Virus record (IMG/VR): IMGVR_UViG_3300024291_000025
Location: 1 to 25,348 of that record
DNA: 25,348 nt
Origin: a virus
Taxonomy: Duplodnaviria; Caudoviricetes
Reading direction: 5' to 3' (one strand)
Shown one piece after another: positions 1 through 7,788 of this stretch (position 1 is the stretch's first letter; each line of letters begins with the position of its first letter). The notes under the pieces were generated by a model that searched no databases, was not told the DNA's origin, and worked only from the letters and a program-made list of their open reading frames with translations. Made by a program: the position numbers and the translations under genes.

Positions 1-1
1 A

Positions 2-310
2 GATCAAGAAGTTTTAGATAAGCTAAATTCTGATGGAGTAGAGTTTGAAGTTGATAAAGAAGATTTATATAAATTACCTTCCTTAAGTGTTAGATGGAAT
101 TGGGAGATAAGAAATATCAAAAGGATAAAAGTATTAAATGAAACTAAATCCGGAAAGTCTGTAGATATAGAAATAGAGACTTGCAGTAATCAATATGATT
201 ATGAAACGTCTGAAACTGTCTTTAAAACTAATGTAAGAAAATTTGAAAGAGTAAGAAGAGATAAAGTTGATTCTCTTGTTACCTGGAATAGAGAAAAAGT
301 CATAAGTTAA
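2..310 (+). CDS. 3' part of a hypothetical protein (truncated by window start)
   Basis: Open frame from base 2 (DQEVLDKLNSDG...WNREKVIS) to TAA at 308-310; not in the ORF track because the start lies outside the window. Confidence 0.8.
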   Translation, partial: DQEVLDKLNSDGVEFEVDKEDLYKLPSLSVRWNWEIRNIKRIKVLNETKSGKSVDIEIETCSNQYDYETSETVFKTNVRKFERVRRDKVDSLVTWNREKVIS

Positions 311-338
311 TATTTATTGTTGTTTTAATTAGGGTTAT

Positions 339-363
339 GGGGGTTAACCGCCCCCTAAACTTT
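339..363 (+). terminator. possible intrinsic terminator hairpin
   Basis: GGGGG(339-343)/CCCCC(351-355) stem after the stop of the first gene; the T tract is weak. Confidence 0.35.
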
Positions 364-384
364 CCGGAAAAGACTTACTTAATT

Positions 385-446
385 AGTTGGATCCTATTAG
401 AATATTTCGTATATTTAGATATATTAATTAAACAATAAAGGTTATG
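385..446 (+). promoter_or_regulatory. early promoter plus leader cassette, copy 1
   Basis: AGTTG-N18-CGTATATTTA followed by ...AAACAATAAAGGTTATG; resembles the Bacteroidota -33 TTTG / -7 TAnnTTTG promoter. Confidence 0.75.
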
Positions 447-737
447 ACAAAAACACAATTAAAAAAACAAGAGTTAAAAAAAGTACTAACGTATGTAGAA
501 AGTACTTTTGATTTACAAGATTTAGAAAGAGACAATCAGTACTTTACTTTTAGTACAGCCTTTAAAGGGTCTCAATTAACAGGTCAAATCGATACTAGAG
601 GGTTTGATGTATCTATAGAGCAGAATTTTAATCTAGTAGGTACAGGTTGGTCAAATGACGAACGTGCTACTGCTGCTCATGCTTCACAATTGGAAAAGAA
701 GATGAATGAAATGATTAGGACTTTTATAGGGTCCTAG
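444..737 (+). CDS. hypothetical protein (97 aa)
   Basis: ORF directly behind the conserved promoter and GGTTATG leader. Confidence 0.8.
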   Translation: MTKTQLKKQELKKVLTYVESTFDLQDLERDNQYFTFSTAFKGSQLTGQIDTRGFDVSIEQNFNLVGTGWSNDERATAAHASQLEKKMNEMIRTFIGS

Positions 738-798
738 TTGTTTCCTATCATTATTTTTCGTATATTTAGATATATTAATTAAAACAATAAAGGTTATG
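736..798 (+). promoter_or_regulatory. early promoter plus leader cassette, copy 2
   Basis: AGTTG-N18-CGTATATTTA; 757-798 is identical to 406-446 apart from one extra A. Confidence 0.75.
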
Positions 799-1305
799 GT
801 AAATTTGACAAGTAAAGAGATTAAAGGTTATTCTAATAACAAACTAGCGATGAGCGAGACTAATGATTGTTTCGTACGAGCTTTAGCTGCTGGATTTGAT
901 ATTAATTATAATAAAGCTCACGAGTTAGCTAAAGAGAGATTTAAAAGACCTAATAAGAAAGGAACTAGAAATCATCACATTATAGAGCAGATGGCTTTTA
1001 TTGAGAAGGATGGTCTAAAGATAAATGGAGTAACGGCTTCAGTTAAAGTATTGTCCGGTTTAGATATCAAGAATAGATATAAGCTTAAAGGAGAGATAAT
1101 AGATAGAAAGAAGACTGTTAAATCTTTCATTAAAGATCATCAGAAAGGAACTTATATCGTTACCGTTAGCAAGCATGCATTTGTTGTTAAAGATGGTAAC
1201 TTAATCGATAATTTTGGTGAGGAGTTTAGACCTACTAGAAAGGTAGATGGAGCTTATAAGATTAATGTACCGGAAAAGACTATCCAATTATCTCTTTTTA
1301 ATTAA
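796..1305 (+). CDS. hypothetical protein, possible Cys-His-Asp (papain-like) fold
   Basis: 169 aa ORF with motifs NDCFVRALA and HAFVVKDGNLID. Confidence 0.6.
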   Translation: MVNLTSKEIKGYSNNKLAMSETNDCFVRALAAGFDINYNKAHELAKERFKRPNKKGTRNHHIIEQMAFIEKDGLKINGVTASVKVLSGLDIKNRYKLKGEIIDRKKTVKSFIKDHQKGTYIVTVSKHAFVVKDGNLIDNFGEEFRPTRKVDGAYKINVPEKTIQLSLFN

Positions 1306-1311
1306 GGAGGT

Positions 1312-1376
1312 AGTTGGTACTTACAATTATATTTCGTATCTTAAGGTATATTAATACTAAAACAATAAAGGTTATG
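1312..1376 (+). promoter_or_regulatory. early promoter plus leader cassette, copy 3
   Basis: AGTTG-N18-CGTATCTTA ... AAACAATAAAGGTTATG. Confidence 0.7.
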
Positions 1377-1658
1377 ACTAAACAAGATTTTTTAGAAGGT
1401 AAATCATTTTCATTAGATGGAGATTACAGCAAAACAACTACATACAAGTATAGAGGAGGTAGTGTAGAGGCTTTAGAAAGAGAGTATAGAATGCATAATG
1501 ATATAGATAATGTATTACTATCAGACTCTATATACAATATAGATAAGATAGGTAATAAGATGATCCATCTATATACTTTTCTATTAGGTAAAAAGATAGT
1601 AGATAAGATAAGGTATGAAGATATGGTAGAGTATATTAGTCAAGGAGAGTTAGTATAG
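1374..1658 (+). CDS. hypothetical protein (94 aa, start revised from 1314)
   Basis: The GGTTATG leader places the start at ATG 1374 (MTKQDFLEGK); the track's upstream extension runs through the promoter. Confidence 0.8.
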   Translation: MTKQDFLEGKSFSLDGDYSKTTTYKYRGGSVEALEREYRMHNDIDNVLLSDSIYNIDKIGNKMIHLYTFLLGKKIVDKIRYEDMVEYISQGELV

Positions 1659-1853
1659 AATATAGATACCATATTAAGAAGTGAGTCCGGCCAAGTGCCG
1701 GATTCCTTATATCATCTAGACAGCAGTCTGATGTAAGTCTTATATAACACTGACAGTATTGTTCCCTATAGCGGCGTGAGAGCCGTAGTGACAGCCATAC
1801 TAGGTAGTATATCTCTCATAGATTTTGAGTATATAGGGGTATATATGTATATA

Positions 1854-2027
1854 TTAAGTATCTTTAGCGTCCTTAATCGAAGTAAGTATAACAGGTATAC
1901 TAATGAATATTACTACCATAAAGTGTGTCCAATTGCTATCCTCAGGATGAGCCAATAAGGTAACCCCTACATAGAATTGTAATAGAATAACTAATACGTA
2001 AATAATGCCTTTGATTTCTTTCTTCAT
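1854..2027 (-). CDS. small two-helix membrane protein (57 aa), not in ORF track
   Basis: MKKEIKGIIYVLVILLQFYVGVTLLAHPEDSNWTHFMVVIFISIPVILTSIKDAKDT; preceded on the minus strand by the same promoter cassette. Confidence 0.75.
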   Translation of the reverse strand: MKKEIKGIIYVLVILLQFYVGVTLLAHPEDSNWTHFMVVIFISIPVILTSIKDAKDT

Positions 2028-2085
2028 AACATAACCGTTTTTTGTTTATATAATTAATATATGAACTTTTCGGTTAATAAACAAC
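2025..2085 (-). promoter_or_regulatory. early promoter plus leader cassette, inverted copy
   Basis: Minus strand reads GTTG-N18-CATATATTAA ... AAACAAAAAACGGTTATGTTATG. Confidence 0.65.
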
Positions 2086-2275
2086 ATATTCGTAAAAAAT
2101 AATTTTGCAATTTTTTCGCTATATAGGGGTGTTTCTAATATGTCAATGACCTTTTAGTATTCTTTTGGACCTATACTATGGAGGTTATATATAGACGTAC
2201 TTACAGTACTGGTAGCTTTATGGTGCTTTGTATAATACTAAGATATGAACTATTTATTGTTAAACCTACTAGATA

Positions 2276-2707
2276 GTGCATAAATTAGACCCACATACTT
2301 TATTTTCAATCTTTGAGAAAGGAGATGAAGAGATATATAGAGAGAATGATGTAGAGGAACTCTTAGATAACCCTTATGTTTTGATAGGAATGGTTGTTAC
2401 AGGAGTAGAAAACTTCTATATGATAGATAAGATGTATACGTTAAAGCATGAAGAAGAGTATGGCAGAGTGAGAGAAAAGGTTAAGCTTAAGTACTTTAAC
2501 AAACTATGTAGGTATTTAGATAGAGTTACACCCTTAGAGATGGAAGTAGCCTACTCAATCGGTACAGATTATGAGTTAGATAGAGCTATACAGGCTATGA
2601 ATGATATCTTATTCTTTTTTGAAAACATAGAGATGTATGAAAAGTGTGCTAAAATAAAGCAATATACCGACCTTTTACTTAATAAAAAGTTGCAAACTCT
2701 AGTTTAA
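2276..2707 (+). CDS. hypothetical protein with C-terminal UVR-like motif
   Basis: 143 aa, GTG start, TATTTAT at 2251-2257 upstream; C-terminus FENIEMYEKCAKIKQ. Confidence 0.7.
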   Translation: MHKLDPHTLFSIFEKGDEEIYRENDVEELLDNPYVLIGMVVTGVENFYMIDKMYTLKHEEEYGRVREKVKLKYFNKLCRYLDRVTPLEMEVAYSIGTDYELDRAIQAMNDILFFFENIEMYEKCAKIKQYTDLLLNKKLQTLV

Positions 2708-2720
2708 TTTCGTATATTAA
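2688..2720 (+). promoter_or_regulatory. early promoter copy
   Basis: AGTTG-N18-CGTATATTAA followed by AAAACGGTTAT. Confidence 0.7.
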
Positions 2721-2747
2721 CTATATAAAACGGTTATATTATATATT

Positions 2748-2939
2748 ATGTTAGAATTTCTATTATACTACAGTTCAGTAGGGTTTATCTTATCAATTAT
2801 TTTAAATATTACGTTATGGGCATTGCATAGACCTTCTTTAAATGCTATAGAGGTTATTGCCTGTACTATATTATGGCCTACAACAGTAATTACTTTACTA
2901 AATACTCTCAACGGCGAACAGGAGGAGATAGAAGACTAA
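2748..2939 (+). CDS. small membrane protein (63 aa)
   Basis: Two hydrophobic segments and an acidic tail. Confidence 0.7.
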   Translation: MLEFLLYYSSVGFILSIILNITLWALHRPSLNAIEVIACTILWPTTVITLLNTLNGEQEEIED

Positions 2940-2957
2940 AATAAAAAAACAAAGGTT

Positions 2958-3575
2958 ATGTTAACAGATACTATTACATTTGAAAAAGCACTACAATTAG
3001 AAGGAGAAGGAAAAATATTTATATTTGATTCCGGAGATAATAAAGAATACCATGAAAGAGCTAAAGAGTGGCAGAATAATTTTATTCAACTACGAACCAA
3101 AGCCCGTCATGTATCTTCTCAGAACATCGCCCAGCACTTCAATGCACGATACCTTATAGAGAAACGTTCAAAAATAAATAACTATACTTTTGAATGGAAA
3201 TACCTTAGAGCAATTGAGAATACCAGCACTGATAGTACTGTACAAGACTCTGTAGAATACGTATATGCTCTTACTAACAAAGGATACCCTAATCTGGTTA
3301 AGATAGGTATGACAAGAAATACTCCTGAACATCGAGTAGGACAGATTAATGGTACCGGTACTGTAGATTTATGGGAGGTTAAATTTGCTTTGCCTGTAAG
3401 GCCTGAATGTGGTATGAAAGTAGAACAGCAAGTACATAAGTATTTTCAAGAAAAACGTCTACATATCAAACACCACAACGATAGAGAGATGTTTAAGATC
3501 GATATCTTTACTGCAATGGATAAAATAAGGGAGATAGGTTCTATATTCCAAGCAGGACAACCTAAGATGTACTAA
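2958..3575 (+). CDS. T5orf172-domain (GIY-YIG superfamily) protein
   Basis: C-terminal half YVYALTNKGYPNLVKIGMT...PEHRV..IN...EQQVH...REMF; AAAGGTTATG leader. Confidence 0.8.
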   Translation: MLTDTITFEKALQLEGEGKIFIFDSGDNKEYHERAKEWQNNFIQLRTKARHVSSQNIAQHFNARYLIEKRSKINNYTFEWKYLRAIENTSTDSTVQDSVEYVYALTNKGYPNLVKIGMTRNTPEHRVGQINGTGTVDLWEVKFALPVRPECGMKVEQQVHKYFQEKRLHIKHHNDREMFKIDIFTAMDKIREIGSIFQAGQPKMY

Positions 3576-3578
3576 AAA

Positions 3579-3657
3579 CCGCGGCGCAACTTCGCGCGTC
3601 TGCGCGGCGAGCTTCGCTCTTTGCCTCCTTTACCTACCCCACCTGCCCTTTTTCTTT
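3579..3657. other. GC-rich structured intergenic element (terminator or ncRNA?)
   Basis: CCGCG(3579-3583)/CGCGG(3603-3607) stem, GAGC-TTC-GCTC hairpin, then a pyrimidine tract. Confidence 0.45.
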
Positions 3658-3663
3658 AAAAAA

Positions 3664-3718
3664 AGTTGGTTACTAACATATATTTTCGTATATTAATACT
3701 ATAAATAAAACGGTTATG
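3664..3718 (+). promoter_or_regulatory. early promoter plus leader cassette
   Basis: AGTTG-N18-CGTATATTAA ... AAATAAAACGGTTATG. Confidence 0.7.
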
Positions 3719-4237
3719 AAATATTTTAAATTACTTTTACTAATTACCCTTGCTACTACCTTAGCTTGTACCGAAGAAGATACTCGTCCCTCCTTATGTC
3801 TAGATGGCTTTTGTGATGGTATGTTATCTATTCCATATACAAAGGATAGTAACGGTTATTACCATGTAGACTTAAATTTTGAAGGGGATTATCTACCTAG
3901 GTTTTCTATCTTTGTAGAGGCTGATGATGTTGATCCATTTTATTACTATAATGATATTGGGGTTGTTCAATCTGCTTTCGAATCTAGTAGTTATTGGGTT
4001 ATGAATAACGGAGTAGAGGTTGATATTGTACAGGAAACAACTATATACCTTAATAACTCTCCAGATAACACAGAGTATGTTCCTTCAATTGCAGGAAGAA
4101 AGTGGGGAAAAAGAATAGTAGGACCTATTCCTAATGAATTTATAGGGGATACTATAGTAATTAGAGCAGAAATATATTGGGATGGCGGTTCAAACTCATC
4201 TTCTCAACTGTTTGAAGAAAAATTTATTATAGAATAG
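3716..4237 (+). CDS. predicted lipoprotein
   Basis: Signal peptide MKYFKLLLLITLATTLA-C followed by acidic TEED. Confidence 0.7.
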   Translation: MKYFKLLLLITLATTLACTEEDTRPSLCLDGFCDGMLSIPYTKDSNGYYHVDLNFEGDYLPRFSIFVEADDVDPFYYYNDIGVVQSAFESSSYWVMNNGVEVDIVQETTIYLNNSPDNTEYVPSIAGRKWGKRIVGPIPNEFIGDTIVIRAEIYWDGGSNSSSQLFEEKFIIE

Positions 4238-4330
4238 TTGCTATTCCGAATTTTTTTATATACCTTAGTATTATTATTAAGATAAAGAAGATATTATTTT
4301 AAAATAAATAAATTATTAAATAAATATTAT

Positions 4331-4504
4331 ATGAGATCTAAACAATCAATAAGTAATAAATTAGATAATATAGAATCACGGTTAACTAACTTAAAGTATA
4401 CATTAAGTATTAATGATAGAGCTGCTTCTTATTCACATCTAAAAGAAGTTTCATCTATAATTTCCGATATAAATACACTACTTAACAGAGAAACACAAGA
4501 TTAA
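4331..4504 (+). CDS. small helical hypothetical protein (57 aa), not in ORF track
   Basis: MRSKQSISNKLDNIESRLTNLKYTLSINDRAASYSHLKEVSSIISDINTLLNRETQD; stop lies 1 nt before the next ATG; GTTG-N20-TACCTTAG promoter variant at 4237-4268. Confidence 0.7.
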   Translation: MRSKQSISNKLDNIESRLTNLKYTLSINDRAASYSHLKEVSSIISDINTLLNRETQD

Positions 4505-4505
4505 T

Positions 4506-5240
4506 ATGTTAACAGCAGAGCAAATACAAAAAAACTACGATAAACATCTTAAGATAATTAACCATTATCTAGAAACTAATAGAGCTGTACAATGTCACAA
4601 TATGATAAAACATATGGAGGATACCTATGTCATGGCTCCTGCTAGTGGTAAGACATGGTATCACAATGCTTTTGCTGGTGGGTATGTAGATCATGTTAAT
4701 AGGGTTGTAGAATTTGCTATAGCTCAACACAACCTTTATGAGAAAATGGGTGGAACTGTAGACTATACTCAAGAGCAATTAGTTTTCGCCGCCCTCTTCC
4801 ATGATTTGGGTAAAATAGGAGATGGAGACCGGCCAAATTATATACCTCAGACTGATAAATGGAGACAAGATAAGCTTTCAGAAATGTATACTTACAATCC
4901 AGATTTAGATTTTATGCTTATCCCAGATAGGTCTCTATTTATTTTACAGAAATTTGGAGTAAGAGTAGATCAAAAAGAGTTTTTAGGTATCAGATGTCAT
5001 GATGGAGTGTTTGATAAGGCAAATGAAGCATACTTTTTTAGTAATGTTGAATCTTCTAGACAAAAAACAGCATTAGTATCCGTTTTACATACTGCAGACT
5101 TCTTAGCTTCTAAGGTAGAATACGATATGTGGAAAGCAGCTGGAGGAAGCACAACTTCAAAAGTTAAAAAAACATCAGCTTCTACTGGTAGAAAGGTAAA
5201 TTCTTCCGAAGGCTTATCTAAAATGCTTAAAAATCTATAA
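4506..5240 (+). CDS. HD-domain phosphohydrolase
   Basis: HNAFAGGYVDHV, ALFHDLGK, CHDG and LHTAD motifs (YhaM-like HD arrangement). Confidence 0.85.
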   Translation: MLTAEQIQKNYDKHLKIINHYLETNRAVQCHNMIKHMEDTYVMAPASGKTWYHNAFAGGYVDHVNRVVEFAIAQHNLYEKMGGTVDYTQEQLVFAALFHDLGKIGDGDRPNYIPQTDKWRQDKLSEMYTYNPDLDFMLIPDRSLFILQKFGVRVDQKEFLGIRCHDGVFDKANEAYFFSNVESSRQKTALVSVLHTADFLASKVEYDMWKAAGGSTTSKVKKTSASTGRKVNSSEGLSKMLKNL

Positions 5241-5243
5241 AAT

Positions 5244-5543
5244 ATGTTGGTAACTATAATAATTCTTTCTATATTAATAATTATACTAGGGGTTGCCCTA
5301 CGTAACCTACTGATTAAAGTAGAGAAGTACGAAGATGTCACTGTGAATCAGACAAGCTACCTACAGAATATATCAAATCTAATTACAGATTCACAAAAGC
5401 ACCTAAAGAGTCTTGACGAGCGTGGAGTTTTCAAGTCGGATGATGAGGTCGGTTATTTTTTTGAACAACTAAAAAAAGTGCAAGAAGAACTAAACCGCTA
5501 CATGCTCCCAGAAAACTATGGCAAGAAAGAAAGCAAAAGCTAA
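5244..5543 (+). CDS. membrane-anchored hypothetical protein
   Basis: N-terminal hydrophobic helix, then a helical region with FKSDDEVGYFF. Confidence 0.75.
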   Translation: MLVTIIILSILIIILGVALRNLLIKVEKYEDVTVNQTSYLQNISNLITDSQKHLKSLDERGVFKSDDEVGYFFEQLKKVQEELNRYMLPENYGKKESKS

Positions 5544-6222
5544 TTACTTTACTTCAGAAACAGAAGAATACATAAAAAAATACAATGTATCAGTAGATCC
5601 AGAATATAGGGCTGATATTTTTACAAAACATATTTACCTTCCTTTTTACAAGCTAGCAGAGAATATTATACATACTTTTAAGTTCTACTACACAGATGTA
5701 GAACGTATTGAAGACCTAAAACATGAGGTAGTTTCTATGTTATTGGAAGAGAAGATAATGAAATTTGATCCCGACCACGGTGCTAAAGCTTATTCCTACT
5801 TCGGTACAATTGTTAAGCGTTGGTTAATTAACTACAACAATAAAAACTACAAAAAGCTAAAACAGGTAGGTTCTTTCGATGATATGGAGGAATCTTTCGA
5901 AGGTAGTATGAATGTGAAACTTCCCGGAGGAATTACATTAAGCCAGTTTTTAGATATGTGGGTTGAGAAAGCTTACGACAAAATGGATGATTTATTTAGT
6001 AAAGATAGTGAGAAAAGGATAGCTGATGCTGTACTAACCATATTTAAAACAAGAAACGATTTAGATATATTTAAGAAGAAAGCACTCTATATCTACATAA
6101 GAGAGATGACTGATTGTGAGACACCCCACTTAACTAAAGTGATCTCTATTCTGAAAGATGATTTTTACAGTATATACTTTAAATACCACGAAAAGGGCAG
6201 GATCGTAATAAAAGATATATAA
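5518..6222 (+). CDS. phage RNA polymerase sigma factor (possibly late, T4 gp55-like)
   Basis: Sigma region-2-like EDLKHEVV...KFDPDHGAKAYSYFGTIVKRWL; lies just before the structural module. Confidence 0.65.
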   Translation: MARKKAKANYFTSETEEYIKKYNVSVDPEYRADIFTKHIYLPFYKLAENIIHTFKFYYTDVERIEDLKHEVVSMLLEEKIMKFDPDHGAKAYSYFGTIVKRWLINYNNKNYKKLKQVGSFDDMEESFEGSMNVKLPGGITLSQFLDMWVEKAYDKMDDLFSKDSEKRIADAVLTIFKTRNDLDIFKKKALYIYIREMTDCETPHLTKVISILKDDFYSIYFKYHEKGRIVIKDI

Positions 6223-6224
6223 TC

Positions 6225-6231
6225 TATTTAT
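6225..6231 (+). promoter_or_regulatory. putative late promoter motif TATTTAT
   Basis: Same motif precedes genes at 2276, 6242, 8642, 18037 and 23649. Confidence 0.55.
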
Positions 6232-6241
6232 TATAAAAGAT

Positions 6242-6607
6242 ATGGATTCAGATAAAGAAATATTTAACGGAAAGAAACTATCTGACCTTTTTGAAGAGAT
6301 TTATACTAACTCAAGAGAGACAAAATCTCAAGTAAAAGGATTGATTGGTGAGCTTAAACCACTAATAGAGAATATAGGAGATGCAACTCTCCTTGTTCCT
6401 ATGATTAAAGAGTATATGGAGATCGGTGTAAAGAATGATGAACACTTAATTAAACTAGCAACGGTAATACAGAGGTTAGAAGCAATTCAATCAAAAGGAG
6501 GAGATGGAGATATGTTCGACTTCTCTGAACTGCAAGATTTATTAGAGGAGCAGGAGGTTGTAAAAGAAGAATTAGTAGAGAAACCAGAAGAAGATAAAGA
6601 AGAGTAA
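6242..6607 (+). CDS. hypothetical phage protein (121 aa)
   Basis: Helical protein with acidic tail; stop overlaps the next start (TAATG). Confidence 0.8.
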   Translation: MDSDKEIFNGKKLSDLFEEIYTNSRETKSQVKGLIGELKPLIENIGDATLLVPMIKEYMEIGVKNDEHLIKLATVIQRLEAIQSKGGDGDMFDFSELQDLLEEQEVVKEELVEKPEEDKEE

Positions 6608-7788
6608 TGGGATTTAATACTTCATTAAACAGTTTAGTATCATCTAGAGGAGGTAACAGTAACACTAAATCTTCTAGAAACAGTACAGTATTCGGAAGAG
6701 TAGTAGATATTATACTGGATGAAGAACATCCTGAATATAAAAATAAAGGAGGCGGCCTATCAATCAATGGAGTATTCTACAAACCTTTAGGAAAGTACCA
6801 AAAAGAAATAATCCCCAATAGTCTTCCGTTTGCTTTACAGAGTAGTTCTCAAATAAAAACAGTACCCGTAGTGGGTGAGATAGTAGAAATAAAATCAATG
6901 CCAAACCTCTCTACATCTACTTCTGAAAATACAAATCAAAAATACTATACATCAATAGTCAATACCTGGAATAATCCCAACTCTGGAATATACCCTGATT
7001 TAGTTAATAATTCAAACATAGACCTATCTTCAGGAGGAGCTTTTAAAGAACTCCCTACTGTCAACCCAATTAGGTCAACACCTGGAGATGTACAGATAGA
7101 AGGTAGACAAGGGCAATCCATCCGTTTTACAGGAGGTAAAGGATCAGGTAACCCTTGGGTAAATGACGAAAATATAGGTTCTCCTGTAACTATAATAAGT
7201 AATGGACAGTCGGAAACAGAAGAAGGATACACAACACTAGAAGAGAATGTAGATGAAGACAGTTGTTCGATATACTTAGTAGCTGACCACCAAATTCCTC
7301 TAACCCCTGCTAGTGAAAAAAGAGATTCTTACGATGAGAATCCTACTAAATCAAATCAATTCAAAGGTAATCAAATACTATTCAACGCTGATAGAGTCTA
7401 CCTAAATGCAAAACAGGAAGATATTCAACTATCAAGTTTCAAGTCAATAGGATTGAATACAGAAGGTTCAATCAATATAGATGGTTCATCCTACCTGTGC
7501 TTAGATGCTCCTAAAATGTTTTTAGGAAAAAAAGCTAGAACATCAACAGATAATAATAGAGAACCTGTATTACTTGGAAATCAGACAGAAGCATTTCTGG
7601 AAAATGTTCTAAACCTATTACAGGGAATGGCTAAGGATATGGCAAGAGCAAAAACAATTAAAGGACACCCTATTCCGAGTATTAATAAAAGAGGGAAACA
7701 AGCACAACCAGTCATACGTCAGTTAAAAAACCTAATTAACCCTAACGGGCAATCCCAACTGAAGTCTAAAAAAGTATTTACAGAATAA
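6607..7788 (+). CDS. putative baseplate hub/spike protein (gp5/gpV-like)
   Basis: OB-fold-like N-terminus (GRVVDI...PVVGEIVEI) and beta-rich C-terminus (GDVQIEGRQGQSIRF, EPVLLGN); upstream of the gp25-like gene. Confidence 0.5.
   Translation: MGFNTSLNSLVSSRGGNSNTKSSRNSTVFGRVVDIILDEEHPEYKNKGGGLSINGVFYKPLGKYQKEIIPNSLPFALQSSSQIKTVPVVGEIVEIKSMPNLSTSTSENTNQKYYTSIVNTWNNPNSGIYPDLVNNSNIDLSSGGAFKELPTVNPIRSTPGDVQIEGRQGQSIRFTGGKGSGNPWVNDENIGSPVTIISNGQSETEEGYTTLEENVDEDSCSIYLVADHQIPLTPASEKRDSYDENPTKSNQFKGNQILFNADRVYLNAKQEDIQLSSFKSIGLNTEGSINIDGSSYLCLDAPKMFLGKKARTSTDNNREPVLLGNQTEAFLENVLNLLQGMAKDMARAKTIKGHPIPSINKRGKQAQPVIRQLKNLINPNGQSQLKSKKVFTE

Noticed and set aside
1314-1373. N-terminal extension of the 114-aa ORF
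   Set aside because: Overlaps the promoter and leader; the conserved GGTTATG marks ATG 1374
385-1376. Repeats considered as a CRISPR array
   Set aside because: The intervening sequences are whole genes of several hundred nt; the repeats are promoter/leader units
1727-1740. CTGATG resembling a hammerhead ribozyme core
   Set aside because: Reads CTGATGT rather than CTGATGA, and there is no suitably placed GAAA or stem set
1776-1958. Plus-strand 60-aa ORF in the track
   Set aside because: Shadow of the minus-strand 57-aa gene (1854-2027), which has its own promoter cassette
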